Assembly (NCBI RefSeq): GCF_009914755.1
Contig: NC_060930.1
DNA from: the human T2T-CHM13v2.0 reference genome, Homo sapiens
DNA: 64,000 nt
Direction: 5' to 3' (one strand)
The translations under genes and the position numbers were made by a program. Positions 44,622-60,699 of this stretch are shown piece by piece. The stretch's first letter is position 1, and every line of letters begins with the position of its first letter. Below the pieces are notes generated by a model. The model did no database searches. It saw only the letters and a program-made list of their open reading frames with translations, and was not told where the DNA came from.

Positions 44622-44927
44622 GGGTTGGGAGCCATGGCTCATGCCTGTAATCCCAGCACTTGGGAGGCAGAGGCGGGCAGATCACCTCAGGTCAGGAGTT
44701 CAAGACCAGCCTGGCCAACATGGTGAAACCCAGGCTCTAATAAAAACATAAAAATTAGCTGGGCCTGGTGGTGGGTGACTGTAATCCCAGCTACTCAGGA
44801 GGCTGATGCAGGAGAAACGCTTGAAACTAGGAGGCGGTGTTTGCAGTGAGCAGAGATGGTGCCATTGCACTTCAGCCTGGGTGACAAGAGGGAAACTCCA
44901 TCTCAAAAAGAAACAAAAAACAAAAAA
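44622..44927 (+). mobile_element. Alu inside CDCA7 pseudogene 3'UTR
   Basis: Alu consensus. Confidence 0.88.
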
Positions 44928-45203
44928 CCAATGGATATGATTTAGTGTTTATACTAGTTGATATTTTTAACAGAATCGAGGCACAAAAGTCTTAAAACCA
45001 TGTGGGAAACTTAGGTAATTGTTGCAGAGTGTAGCATATTACTTCAGATGCCTCTCATGAATATATTCCATGTATTGTGCTTATGATACAAGTTGTCACA
45101 TATGAGTCCTAGTTGCTGCTAATTTCTTCTGCCTTAAAGTTAAGTGTAGCATCTCCCTTACACAATCATGATCCAAAGGTTTGTGGGCAGTGTTATACTT
45201 ACA

Positions 45204-45478
45204 ATATAGATATATATAGATATATATGTCTATCATATTTATAGCCTATGTATGACTATATATGATATATACCAAATATGAGATATATATGATATATATG
45301 AGATATATATGATATATATGATATATATCATGTATGAGATATATATGATATATATGATATATATCATATATGAGATATATATGATATATATGAGATATAT
45401 CATATATAGCCTATATAGACTATCATATATATAGTCTATATATGATAGACATATATGTCTATCATATATGTCATATAA
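45204..45478. repeat. Complex (TA)/(GATATATAT)n low-complexity tract
   Basis: Direct. Confidence 0.9.
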
Positions 45479-45612
45479 AGTACTACCATTGTAATTTCCC
45501 AGGATATCTTTCGATGTCTTTCCTATACCATATAGGAAAGACATCCTGGGAAATTACAATGGTGAAACTTTAGGCGTAGGCTCATTGAATTCTTGGTATA
45601 AAACTTCATCAT

Positions 45613-45963
<351 letters not shown>

Positions 45964-46334
45964 TCACATGTTAAGTATTTCAAACAAATTCTTGGGCCAT
46001 TTTGGGTGGAAACTTGATATTAATAACTAGTGTAGGGTTCTTTGCAGTTTCTTGAAAAAATTGTAGGCTAGGCACAGGGTTCATGTTTAGATTTTAAGCA
46101 CCTTTATAACAATGAGAAGTTCTTTTTTGGAGGTGGGTAACTGTCAACAGTTTGTTAACCTGACGTCTCTGCTGATTTAGTTTCTGGGCAGAGTTCCTGT
46201 GTTGGCATTCTCCTTTTCTTTTGCATTAATCAAGTTGTTTGGTAGAGGTGGAATCTAAGTGTTTTTGTCTCAACCACCTGGGAAAATAGTTGTAAGTTGA
46301 CCACTGTCTGATTTACAGAATATAATTTCTCTAA

Positions 46335-46766
<432 letters not shown>

Positions 46767-47357
46767 CACATATTTCTTATATAGATTTATTTCTGTTCTC
46801 TCTTTTTAAAATTTTCACTGAAAAAAATGCAAGTGTGCTTGGAATATGGATTTATACCTAAAAGGAAACTTTATATTACTTCCAATAAATAAGACGTATT
46901 AGCTAGTTCATAGAGAAAATAACGAAAAAGACAAATACAGTGAAAAATTGTTATTTTTTAAAAGGGTAACTGATTTACAAAATCAGATACATGAAATGAT
47001 TCTCAGTGAAACTAAAGAAGTTCTCAGAGAATATAATAAAAATGCTAAATTCAATTTCTCCAAATACACTTTAAAATTAGAACGTTAACTGTTTGAAATG
47101 GTGAACAAAAGCCTTCTTATCTCGATACAATTGTAGGGTTACTAGGATTTTATAATTTTAGTATAAATAACATAAGATATAATTGAATTAGTGGCTAAAT
47201 ATTTATGCCATAATAAAAGCAACTAGGATACTCAATCTCCTGAGAATTTCAAACAAAACAGCTTTTAAAGATGTACACAAGCAACTCTTTCTAACACCAC
47301 CACCGATAGAGGTAGAATGTAACTTTTACAAGAAAGGTAATTTAAAGGTAATCAGCG

Positions 47358-47683
<326 letters not shown>

Positions 47684-49071
47684 TAATCAGCGAACAACTT
47701 ATCAAAAATCATCTAGTCCACAAGCGAGTTCACACAGATCACTGGTCTCCGTACCCTCTGTTGTGGGGAAGGACAGGGATGGCTTAAGACAGGGACTGAG
47801 CGGACTTGCTGTGGGGAACTCAGGTTCTGGGCGGGTCCCATTCATCCATTCGCAATCCCCTAGGCTGTGCCAGATGGCAATCACCCTTGGGACTCCTAGG
47901 TACAGAAGCTGGGAGGACCACCCAGATTCGCTTACCAGAAGATGCCCATAGAGCCCCGAGGCGAAGGTGTTCCAATTTCCTCAGGTGAAGGATATCTACT
48001 GGTGGCTACAGGGCACAAATAAAGAAAAAGTGCGTGGATGCCACGTACCAGTTCATGTCCAGCAGAGATCCGAATGCCCATTTTAGTTACATTTGACCCT
48101 CCAGACCCCTAGTCCCAGAACCTGCCCTCCCCCAAGCTCTCTCTCTACCTCTGTGCCCACTCCAATCAGTCAAACAGAGCATTCCAGGGCAAACCCAAAA
48201 GAAGAGCAGGCAATTTAGCCACCCTGGGGCTTGTAGCCTGAACTCTTCAGACATGTTGTCCCAGTCGGAGCCTGGAGACACAGCTCAATATCTGCTTGCC
48301 CCAAGAACCCTGAGGCTCCAAGATCTCCGGACAGCCCTGGAAGACAGGCCGCTGCACTTATATAATAACAGGGTCCTCTCTGGTGCCAAAAGCCTGCAAC
48401 CCATAGCAGAAAATAGCTCCTCCAAATAGCTCTTCATCCTCCAAATAACTGGGAGATGATTCCAGTCAAGTTGGAATAACAGGGATCAGATTTACATTCC
48501 TGCTGTAAAGAACCAAAACCTAACAAAAAAGATGAAATGACACTTTTCAAGACATACAGTATTTGGTAAGGAAGAATAGTAACCCCTAATCACAGGGGAA
48601 AAAATGAATGATTGGAGAGAGGGGGAGGTGAACAGTAGGATTAGCCCCTAACTAAGGCCTTGAATTTCCAGGCCCCAATGCAGAAAGGCAGAACCCAAGC
48701 AGAGCCTGGTGGACTCCCAGAGTTGATGAGGAGTTGATAGACTGGGAGACTGGGGCAGCTAGAGTGAATATGATAGCATACCAGAAAGAAGAGAGCTGTA
48801 ATAAGAGATAACTCCAGAAAGAACTTCTGAAGTATTCAGCTTAATATTCATGAGTATGTGCAGGTATGGAACCTATACAGGACAGAAAAGACTACCCAGA
48901 ATGATCAGAGGTAATATGATATTGAATTGTCTAAAGTAACTAAGAAATTGTTTCTCCTTGTGAGACAAACAGGAATTATATTGCTGAATTTAATGCTTTC
49001 ACCACAAAAAAGGATGAGGGTCTAGATTAATGGGGAGGGGGAGTGGTGTGGGGGAAGAGACCCAAAATGTT

Positions 49072-49145
49072 GGCTGGTTAGTTCAGTTGGTTAGAGCGTG
49101 GTGCTAATAACGCCAAGGTCGTGGGTTCGATCCCCATATCGGCCA
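49072..49145 (+). tRNA. tRNA-Ile(AAT), variant isodecoder (left arm of palindrome)
   Basis: GGCTGGTTAGTTCAGTTGGTTAGAGCGTGGTGCTAATAACGCCAAGGTCGTGGGTTCGATCCCCATATCGGCCA; extra G-U pairs but cloverleaf intact; T4 and T5 downstream. Confidence 0.9.
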
Positions 49146-50323
49146 CATATTTTCCTCAGTACTTTTTCTCGGTAGTTCTAGAGAAACTCGTCGGTTTTCA
49201 GCCACCAAAGAGCTAAGGATAATTAACAATGCAACTCGTCGGTTTTTGGCCAGCGAAGAGCTGAGGGTGATTAACAGTGCTCTCAGATGGTACAAATTCC
49301 CTGCCATCATTTCTTAATCTATCTGAAACCTAACTCCATCCCCGAATCACCCAAATTTCTACATCTCCTCAGGTAAAGTTCTTATTCTTTTCTTCCAGGT
49401 GTAAGGGCTGGGGACAGAAAGCTGTTCAGGGCAGAGGGCCCAAGATCGGGAGTCCTGCCGAAGGAAACAAAAAATGAGAAATTAGAAGATTATTGGCGTC
49501 TTAAAAATTATTTAAATAAAGCTTACTTGATTTCAAATTGTCCTTCCAAATTTCTATTGAAACCAACCTTGTTTCTCAAATTGACAAGAGATACAAGATA
49601 AAGAGAAGAAATATTGAATTGCCCTTTCAAGTTGGAAGCAGTATGCAAGGTGCATGTTTATTAATCACAAGAGGCTAGATTCGACTCCTTTCTAGCTCAT
49701 CCTTTCCTAAAAACAAAACAAGAAACCAAACCAAAACAAAACAAAACACACCAAGTCTGTGTTCCATGTTCAAAGCGATAGCTTCCTCTCAGGGCAATCT
49801 TTTCTGTCAGTTAAATCTAAAAAAGTCTTCAGAGACATATAATAACAATCTCCTAAGAATTTGTTCTCTCTATCTTGTATCTCTTGCCAATTTGAGAAAG
49901 AAGGTTGGTTTCAGGAGCAATTTGGGAGGACAATTTGAAATCAAGTAAGCTTCATTTAAATAATTTTTAAAAAGCCAGTAATCTTCTAATTTTTTTTTTC
50001 TTTCATTAGGCAGGGCTCCCAATCTTGGGTCCTCTGCCCTGAACAGCTTTCTGTCCCCAGCCCTAACACCTAGTGGAAAAGAATAAGAACTTTACCTGAG
50101 AAGATGTAGAAATTTGGGTGATTCGGGAATGGAGTTAGAATTCAGATGGATTAAGAAATGATGGCAGCGAATTTGGACCATCTGAGAGCATTGTTTATTA
50201 CCCTCAGCTCTTCACTGGCTGAAAACCGACGATTTGCATCGTTAATTATCCGTAGCCCTTCGCTGGCTGAAAACCGACGAGTTTCTGCAGAACTGCCATA
50301 AAAAAACTACTGGGGAAAATACG

Positions 50324-50397
50324 TGGCCAGTACGGGGATCGAACCCGCGACCTTGGCGTTATTAGCACCACGCTCTAACCAACTGAGCTAACCAGCC
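50324..50397 (-). tRNA. tRNA-Ile(AAT) (right arm of palindrome)
   Basis: Reverse complement GGCTGGTTAGCTCAGTTGGTTAGAGCGTGGTGCTAATAACGCCAAGGTCGCGGGTTCGATCCCCGTACTGGCCA; T4 and T7 downstream. Confidence 0.96.
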
Positions 50398-51566
50398 GAC
50401 GCTGGGTGCAGCTCTTCCCCCCCCACCCCCCGCCCTTAATCTCGACACTCATCCTTTTTTGGGAAAGCATTAAATTCAGCAATATAATTCTTGTTTGTCT
50501 CACAAGAAGAAACAATTTCTTAGTTGCTTTAGATTCTTAATAAAAAGAATGAGAAACTTTCTCTTAAAACAAAAACAAAACAAGGAAATAACATTTTTTA
50601 TTTATTTATTTTTATTATTTTATTTTTTAAGCCGTGTTCCTAGAGTTGAAAGAGGACGCTTAAAAATTTCAAACTGCGGCGAATAGTCCAGGAATCCATG
50701 GAAACATTTGTTGCTTTCTAAATGTCTGGTAATCAGTACGTGCAGACAATGAATCAGACTCGGTGAAATATTAGCGAGTCCTTGTTTTGTAAGAGCCGTT
50801 CACTAACACAACCCAGAAATTGGCACCTGAAGGATATTCCCGACGAGTCTGTTTTCGATGGTCCCACCGTCGAGATCGTCCCAGGCAGGTTTCTCATGCC
50901 CGGAGCCTCCATTTGGAAGTTTCCCTACCTGTTGCCTCAGATTTCCAGAGTGACCTCAAATCAAAGCCCACTTTGAAGACCTTGGTATTGGAGAATTCTA
51001 GAAATGTGGCTCTACTCACCCTTCAGGGACGGTTAAACCGATCTTTCTACCCAGCCATTGTCTCCTAAAAATATTACAATTGTTTTTAATATCTTCTTTA
51101 TCGTTCCAGAGATTTTTAACGCATAGCCAAAGTTAAACAAATGTTTTCTTTTTTCTCTTCACAAATAGTGGCATTTTATCTACTTTTTAAATCCTTTGCT
51201 TTTTTTTTAACTCAGAATATATTTTTGCAATTCTTTCATATCACAACAGAAAAGTGTTCATTCTCTTTTAAATATGCATAGTATTCAGCTATATGAGTAT
51301 ATACCATAGTTTAATAGGCATAGCTTAGACTTCCATCCTCCTATTGCAAATTTTTGGTATCTATGAGCATACACCGTATCTGATGTATGCCATGATACTT
51401 CGCACATGTGGAAAGGCTGCATCAAAGAACATGTACATTGGCAATTTTGATGGCCATTGTCACACTGTGCTTTAGAGGGTTGATCCCAATACTCTTTTTG
51501 CTTGCTTGTTTGTTTTAACTATACTTAGCACTAATATGATCCTGAACACATTTCTTTTCTTTTGCT

Positions 51567-54128
<2,562 letters not shown>

Positions 54129-55385
54129 CTATTGTGTATCCAGGAATGATATACAAAAGAGGACTCAACCATTCCCATGGGGAGCTCTGGAGCTACAATG
54201 ATCCTTTAGAAATGTCCTGAATTGGGGAAAAGGAGCTGGGTCATTGTACCCACTCATAGACGTGGCTTTAGATGTAGGCTGATCCCAGAGAAAAGATATA
54301 ACCTTAAACAGGGTAGCTTTTTAGCTTAGAACAATTCCTGGGAAGAGCTGAGCTTTGAGTTAGCAGCAAACAGCACTCCAGGATGTTGGGTGTCTGAGTA
54401 CCTTGCTCCACAAAACATTGGGCAATGTAGAAAACCATTGGGTTCTAGGTAGAACACCATCATATCCATTACAGTCTACCACTTGCTCTACTCAGAGCCG
54501 CTTCCTTCATATAATGAATTCATCCCACCTGGGAATAACTTTTCTAGGATTCTGGTTGATCTCTTCGTGACTAAATCGTAAAAGAGGCAAGTGGCTGTTT
54601 GGCTCCTTCTATACCTCAAAAAAAAAAAAAAAAAAAAAAAAAAGTCCGCAAACGGTTCCATATATCTAGAGCCGGCAGGCTCCATTTACCCACAGGGGCT
54701 GGCCTTGGCCTGAGTGCAGTAATCTCCGAGCTGGACTCTGAGTCCCGGTAGGGAGGAAAGCTCAGCAAGAACATCTGCCAGCCCAGGTTCCTTTCGAGGA
54801 CCTCAGTACATGTACACACAGGAAAACACCCTAATCCCACTCCAAATCTTCCTGTAGCGTCCTGAGTCTCAGTGGAACCTTGTGATGATCCCATGGAGCG
54901 AGGCTTACGAGCAGCGAGTGAGCGACTGGAGCCCAGCCTGCACCTGGAGGGGCGGTTCTGGCCCAGTGCTCCCGGAAAGGGTGGCTTTCGGCAAAGTCTC
55001 GGCCTCGCCTTGACCCTCCAGGAAAAATGTTCCTGAGCGGAAAGATCGTTCAAGTTGCCTGCGAACCAAGTCCTTGAGGTCTTTGTGGGGATCAGGCGAT
55101 GAGAGCATCAATTATAATAATAATAATTTGTTCGGCAAAAAATTGCTCGGGTCTGTTCATGTCCACCCGAGTAGCCACGGACACTTGGCTTTGAAGAGGG
55201 CTTTTTCCTTGTCGAAAACAGGAAGGGCTCTGGTGGGAGAAAGGCGGCAGGTGTACTTCGGTTTATATGCACACCACAGGTGACAAGGAGAACCTTCTCT
55301 CCTAAACGGCTAAAGATGGTGCGGGGGTGCAATTCTAAAAACGTGCACTGAGAAATTCAGCTAAGGATTCCTCAAAAATAGAGGT

Positions 55386-55458
55386 TGCTTCTGCCCGGTT
55401 TCGAACCGGGGACCTTTCGCGTGTGAGGCGAACGTGATAACCACTACACTACAGAAGC
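55386..55458 (-). tRNA. tRNA-Val(CAC)
   Basis: Reverse complement GCTTCTGTAGTGTAGTGGTTATCACGTTCGCCTCACACGCGAAAGGTCCCCGGTTCGAAACCGGGCAGAAGCA; T5 terminator 55374-55378. Confidence 0.96.
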
Positions 55459-55924
55459 CCTGACATTTGATAGTTTTTCTCCTAGGAGAAGAAGAAAATT
55501 TTTCTGGATATCCCAGATTTGGTAACATCGAATTGATCTTTTCTTTCAGGAAATTATCAAGGTTGATAAGCTTTCCTATTTATTAAAATCAGTAATATCG
55601 GAGTTCACGAGTCATACAAAGAAAATACTGCGACTTGGGGAAAATTTTCTTTTCAAACACAGCACAGAAATTTTACACAGCCCCCCAGTAGAGGACATTT
55701 TTTTTAAAGTACTCCCTCTGTTAGGCTTTCTCCAACAGCAGAAGGCTCTGTGATCTCCATCTCTTGGGAGGCAGAAAATTACCACAAGAAAATAGCCGGG
55801 AGGCAGCGGATTGAACCCTGGAAACGGCCCGCTCTTTGTGCTGGGCGGTGCTCGAAGGGAAGAAACTGAGGGCCCGGGAGTCGAGTGTGTCCAGTTGTCT
55901 GCCAGGCAGGATAAGGACTGGGAA

Positions 55925-56600
55925 AAATGAAAAAAAAATTCCTAGACATACACAACCTACCAAGCCTGAATCATGAAGACACAGAAAATATGAACATACC
56001 AATAGTAGATAAGGAAATTGAATCAGCAATAAAAACATCTCCCATCAAAGAAAAGCCCAGGACCTGTAGCGTCTCTAGTGAATTCTACCAACTATTTAAA
56101 GAACTAATACCATTTATTATGGAAAACAGTATTGTGGTTCCTCAAAAAATTAAAAATAGAGATACCATATGATCCAGCAAACTCTCTAGTGGGTATATAG
56201 CTAAAGGAAGTGAAATCAGTATGTCCAAGAGATTATCTGCATACCACCAAGATATGGAATTCTTCTTTTTTTTTTTTTTTGGTGGCACAGAATCTCTCTC
56301 TGTCGCCCAGGGTGCGATTTTGACTCACTGCAACCTCTGTCTCCCGGGCTCAAACGATTCTTGTGCCTCAGTCTCCCGAGTAGCTGGGATTACAAGCCTA
56401 TGCCAATATACCCCGCTGATTTTTTTTTTTTTTTGTATTTTTAGTAGGGGCGCGTTTTCACCATGTTGCCCAGGCTGGTCTTGAACTTCTGGGCTCTCCT
56501 CGGCCTCCCAAAGTGCTGGGATTGCAGGCGTGAGCAACCGCGCCCAGCCAAGATATGGAATTCTTGTGTTCACCAATGGATGAATGGATAGAGAAATGCG
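55925..56600 (+). mobile_element. L1 ORF2/3' fragments with Alu (56266-56549 -)
   Basis: KFLDIHNLPSLNHED...EIESAIK...EFYQLFKEL is L1 ORF2-like; Alu TSD ccaagatatggaattctt. Confidence 0.8.
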
Positions 56601-57307
56601 TTTAGCTTCCCTGTGCCTTGGAAGTATCATTTCCAATTTATCATGGGTGTGTACATTTTTATTGGTGTACTTGTGAGCTCATCACTAATTTTTGCAGTCT
56701 GTTAATCTACCATAGTTTCAGTTTCATTGTATTTTCTTATATATTTATATTGTGTACTGATGTGTGCATGGATTAGTAATGAGTACTCTATTATTTTTAA
56801 TGTCATAATTATTCATTATTTATTTATTATTTATTAAAAATAATATTTAATATTAAATATTATTTATTACTTATATTATTTATTATTATAATAATTTATA
56901 ATATGTCACATTATAAAATATTATTTAATTAAAATTTAATGTCACTCTATTATTTTAATATCATAAAATACATGAAAATACATTTTTCTGTAGAATCACG
57001 TTTTCCTCCTACTGTGAATAAAGACATAACTCACTAAGGGGAAGAATCTTGGCCAAAATGTGTGATAAATCATGCAGCAGTTAAAAGTGTGCAAAAACAA
57101 ACAGTAAAGGTGAAAGGAGGCACAAATTTAATAAAGTTACTCCATAAATCATAATTGACATTAAATGTTGGAATGTAGGAACTGATTTATTAACCATATA
57201 AATTTAAAACACACATGTTATCTTTTGACAAATTGTTTACCTATTTTAGTTTTCAAAGTGGGCAAAATTAACACCTCAAAACATATAAGTGTTTTCAGAG
57301 AAGGATC

Positions 57308-57312
<5 letters not shown>

Positions 57313-57344
<32 letters not shown>
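57313..57344. repeat. (GT)n microsatellite
   Basis: Direct. Confidence 0.95.
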
Positions 57345-57347
<3 letters not shown>

Positions 57348-57553
57348 ATGGTAATATGTAGACTTAACAGCACCTTTTGCCTAAATGACAAAATGGCCTA
57401 GACCCAATCTGGCAGAGTCCTTTTTCCAGAAGAACTGGGAAAACTTTTCATATTTAAGTTTGGAACAACAGAGAGAACGGGAAGACTTTGGCATTTAGAG
57501 AATGTGAATATTTGTATTTCTCGATAAAGTGAGAAATCTTTTTGGAAAAGCTA

Positions 57554-57626
57554 TGGCTTTAATCAGTTTCAAATCTGAGACCCCTTTCTTGTAGGCAGAT
57601 GTGCTAACCAGTACACCCCAAAAAAC
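57554..57626 (-). pseudogene. Highly decayed tRNA-Val relic
   Basis: Reverse complement GTTTTTTGGGGTGTACTGGTTAGCACATCTGCCTACAAGAAAGGGGTCTCAGATTTGAAACTGATTAAAGCCA; inverted paralog of 62616-62689. Confidence 0.55.
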
Positions 57627-57778
57627 TTTCTCTTCTGTGCAGCAATCCATAGCAGAATGAAAGGAGGATTCTTTGGATATACTCAAACCTAATAACTTTT
57701 AATATGTTTTTCTTTTTAGTATATTTTTATCCACAGTGTGTTTCTTCCTTCATACTTTCAATTCGTTAAAATTAACAT

Positions 57779-58841
57779 TTAGGTTGGTGCAAAAGTAGTT
57801 GCAGTTTCGGACCATGAATTTTTAAATCATTATAACTAGGCTCAAACACATCTTTATTAATCAAAATAGGAACCATTACAATCAACACATTTTTGCCAAC
57901 AAGAAATAAGTTTGTTTATTCCTGGAGGGTAAAAATCTGTGCTTCGGGATTGGACAGAAAATGCTTGCATCCCCTCGTTGTGGAAGCGTTTTACCTGCAA
58001 AAAGTTGTGGAGATGTTTGAAGAAGTGGTAGTCGATTGGTGAGAGGTCAGATGAATATGATGGATTAGGAAAATCTTCGTAGCCCAATTCGCTCAACTTC
58101 AGAAGCGTTATTTGTGCGACGTGCAGTCGAGTCAACGTTGTTGTGAAGAATTGGGCCCTTCCTGTTAACCAATGCTGGCTGCAGGCATTGCAGTTTTCGA
58201 TGTATCTCATTGAGTTGCTGAGCATACTTCTCAGATGTAATGGTTTCACGGGTATTCGGAAAGCTACAGTGAATCAGACAAGCAGCAGACCACCAAACAG
58301 CGAATATGACCTTTTTTTGGTACAAGTTTGGCTTTGGGAAGTGCTTTGGAGCTTCTTCTCGATCCAACCACTGAACTAGTCGTCGCCAGTTGTCGTATAA
58401 AATCCACTTTTCATCGCACGTCACAATCCGATGGAGAAATGGTTCCTTGTTGCGTAGGATAAAGGAAGAAGACACTTCAGAACGGCCCTTTTTTTTTTTC
58501 GCTCAGCTCATGAGGTACCCATTTACCAAGGTTTTTCATCTTTCCAATTTGCTTCAAATGCCGCACGGTAAAATGGTCGACGTTGAATTATTTGGCAACT
58601 TCTCTCGTAGTTGTAAGAGAATCAGCTTCGCTGATTGCTCTCAATTAGTCTTGTCAACTTCCCATGGCCCGCCACTACAACTCTTCATCTTCAAGGCTCT
58701 TCTCACCTTTGCAAAACTTCTGGAACCACCACTGCACTGTACGTTCATTAGCAGTTCCTGGGCCAAAGTGCATTGTTGATATTGCGAGTTGTCTTCGCTG
58801 CTTTATGATCCATTTTGAACTCGAATGAGAAAATTGCTTGA
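57779..58841 (-). mobile_element. Hsmar1 mariner DNA transposon, 5'-truncated, defective transposase
   Basis: TIR TTAGGTTGGTGCAAAAGTAGTTGCAGTTT; translated pieces RIVTCDEKWILYDN, YSSDLSPIDYHFFKHL, WQKCVDCNGSYFD* match Hsmar1/SETMAR transposase; frameshifts. Confidence 0.93.
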
Positions 58842-59161
<320 letters not shown>

Positions 59162-59198
59162 TTATATCTTGTTAAGAGGGAAGTGAACTTCGCGTCGT

Positions 59199-59272
59199 GG
59201 CCGGTTAACTTAATTGGTTAGAGCGTGGTGCTAATAATGTCAAGGTTGCGGGTTGGATCCCCGAACGGGCCA
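59199..59272 (+). pseudogene. tRNA-Ile(AAT) pseudogene
   Basis: GGCCGGTTAACTTAATTGGTTAGAGCGTGGTGCTAATAATGTCAAGGTTGCGGGTTGGATCCCCGAACGGGCCA; D-stem broken and invariant B-box C56 changed to G. Confidence 0.85.
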
Positions 59273-59472
59273 CAGTGGGTGTTAGCTTTTCATCATTTAT
59301 ATCAATCATCTGTGAACGCTGTGAACGCAACAAATATGTCTGAATACAAACTGTAGATCGTCACCGCTGAACCCAAGCAGTCATCAAGATAATTCCACCT
59401 GCTAGAGGGGGTATTAAGTAACACTTAATACCTTAATTTGAAAAAAGGATATTGTTTAGTTGTCGTCCTATC

Positions 59473-59601
59473 TTTTTTTTTTTTTTTTTTTGAGACGGAG
59501 TCTCTCTCTTGATGCCCAGGCTGGAGTGCAATCGCACAACTGGGCTCACGGCAACTTCCGCCTCCTGAGCTCAACCGATTCTCCTGCCTCAGCCTCCCTA
59601 G
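59473..59601 (-). mobile_element. Alu right-arm fragment
   Basis: Alu consensus. Confidence 0.8.
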
Positions 59602-60219
59602 TTATTTTCCATAATCTTGATTCTTGAAGATTAGCTTGGCTTGTTATGTAATTCTTGGTTCACACTTTATTTTTATTTTTTAATGCTGATCTAATTTTTT
59701 ATATTACTGCTCAGAAGTCTGATACTAGGCTTCTGTTTATAGAAACTTTCCTTGGTTAATCGTTTCAATGATTACATCTACTCTATTGACTCTTTTCTTT
59801 CTTTGAGGTAATCCAATTAAAGTATTAGGTTTTCTGAGGCCTTACCTTAACCGTATGCAGAAAAACCTTCCTTGCTCCTTTGTCTCCATATTTGTTTCCC
59901 TAAATTTCTTATTTGCATAGCAGCCATTGAGACTTTAGCTTGAAATGGAAAATATAATTTTTCTTCTTCAAACTTTCCCAACTCTCCACAGCACATCACA
60001 CCAAAGTGTTAAGTGAAAGATCGTCCTCTTTATTCCTGGTCTAACCCTTATTTTCTCATTTTGTCTTATTTTCTCCTACTCCCTGCCTCAAATTTAGAAT
60101 TCCTTGGAGTTTCCCGAAACACTGACTTATTTCTCCATGCTGCCTCTAATTCCAGATTCCCCTATCCCCTCCATCTCTCATCAGCCGATTTCTTACTTTT
60201 CATCTATTAAGTCTTGGAT

Positions 60220-60699
60220 TGAGGGAAGAGAGAGACCCTCTCATATTGTTTTATATTGTTTTATACTCAGTACCTGTTTTAAGAAAAAAAGAAGGAAGTG
60301 AAATCAAAGACAGGTAGCCCGGCGCCAGGCCCCAAACCAGACCTGGGCCTGCCTGGCCTAAACCTAGTAGTTAAAAATCAACTCATGACTTAGAAACCGA
60401 TGTTTTTCATAGAGTCCAGACATTGTAGAGAAAAACATTGTGAAACTCCCTGCCCTGTTCTCTTTCTCTCTGACCACCGGTGCATGCAGCCCCTGTCAAG
60501 TACCCCTTGCTTGCTCAAATCAATCACGACCCTGCCATGTGAAATCTTCAGTGTTGTGAGCCCTTAAAAGGGACACAAATTGTGCACTTGAGGAGTTCGG
60601 ATTTTAAGGCAGTAGCTTGCCGATGCTCCCAGCTGAATAAAGCCCTTCCTTCTACAACTCAGTGTCTGAGAGGTTTTGTCTGCGGCTCATACTGCTACA
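60220..60699 (+). mobile_element. Solo ERV1 LTR, LTR2-like (HERV-E/Harlequin)
   Basis: TG...CA termini, 4-bp TSD GGAT, AATAAA near 60636; subfamily from memory. Confidence 0.78.

Larger units (their letters stand above)
48930..50533. repeat. Inverted duplication: arms 48930-49612 and 49859-50533, spacer about 246 bp
   Basis: Arms are reverse complements of each other along their length. Confidence 0.95.

Noticed and set aside
49185-49280. CRISPR-like repeat array
   Set aside because: Adjacent tandem units without spacers in a primate genome.
54617-54643. Isolated poly(A) as a retro-insertion
   Set aside because: No TSD or element body; treated as a mononucleotide repeat.
57857-58475. Active mariner transposase or SETMAR
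   Set aside because: Multiple frameshifts, altered HDN catalytic motif, no start codon, 5' TIR or SET domain.
59395-59412. CTCF-like motif ctgctagagggggta (another at about 17985)
   Set aside because: Mismatches at core positions; not supportable without PWM scoring or ChIP.
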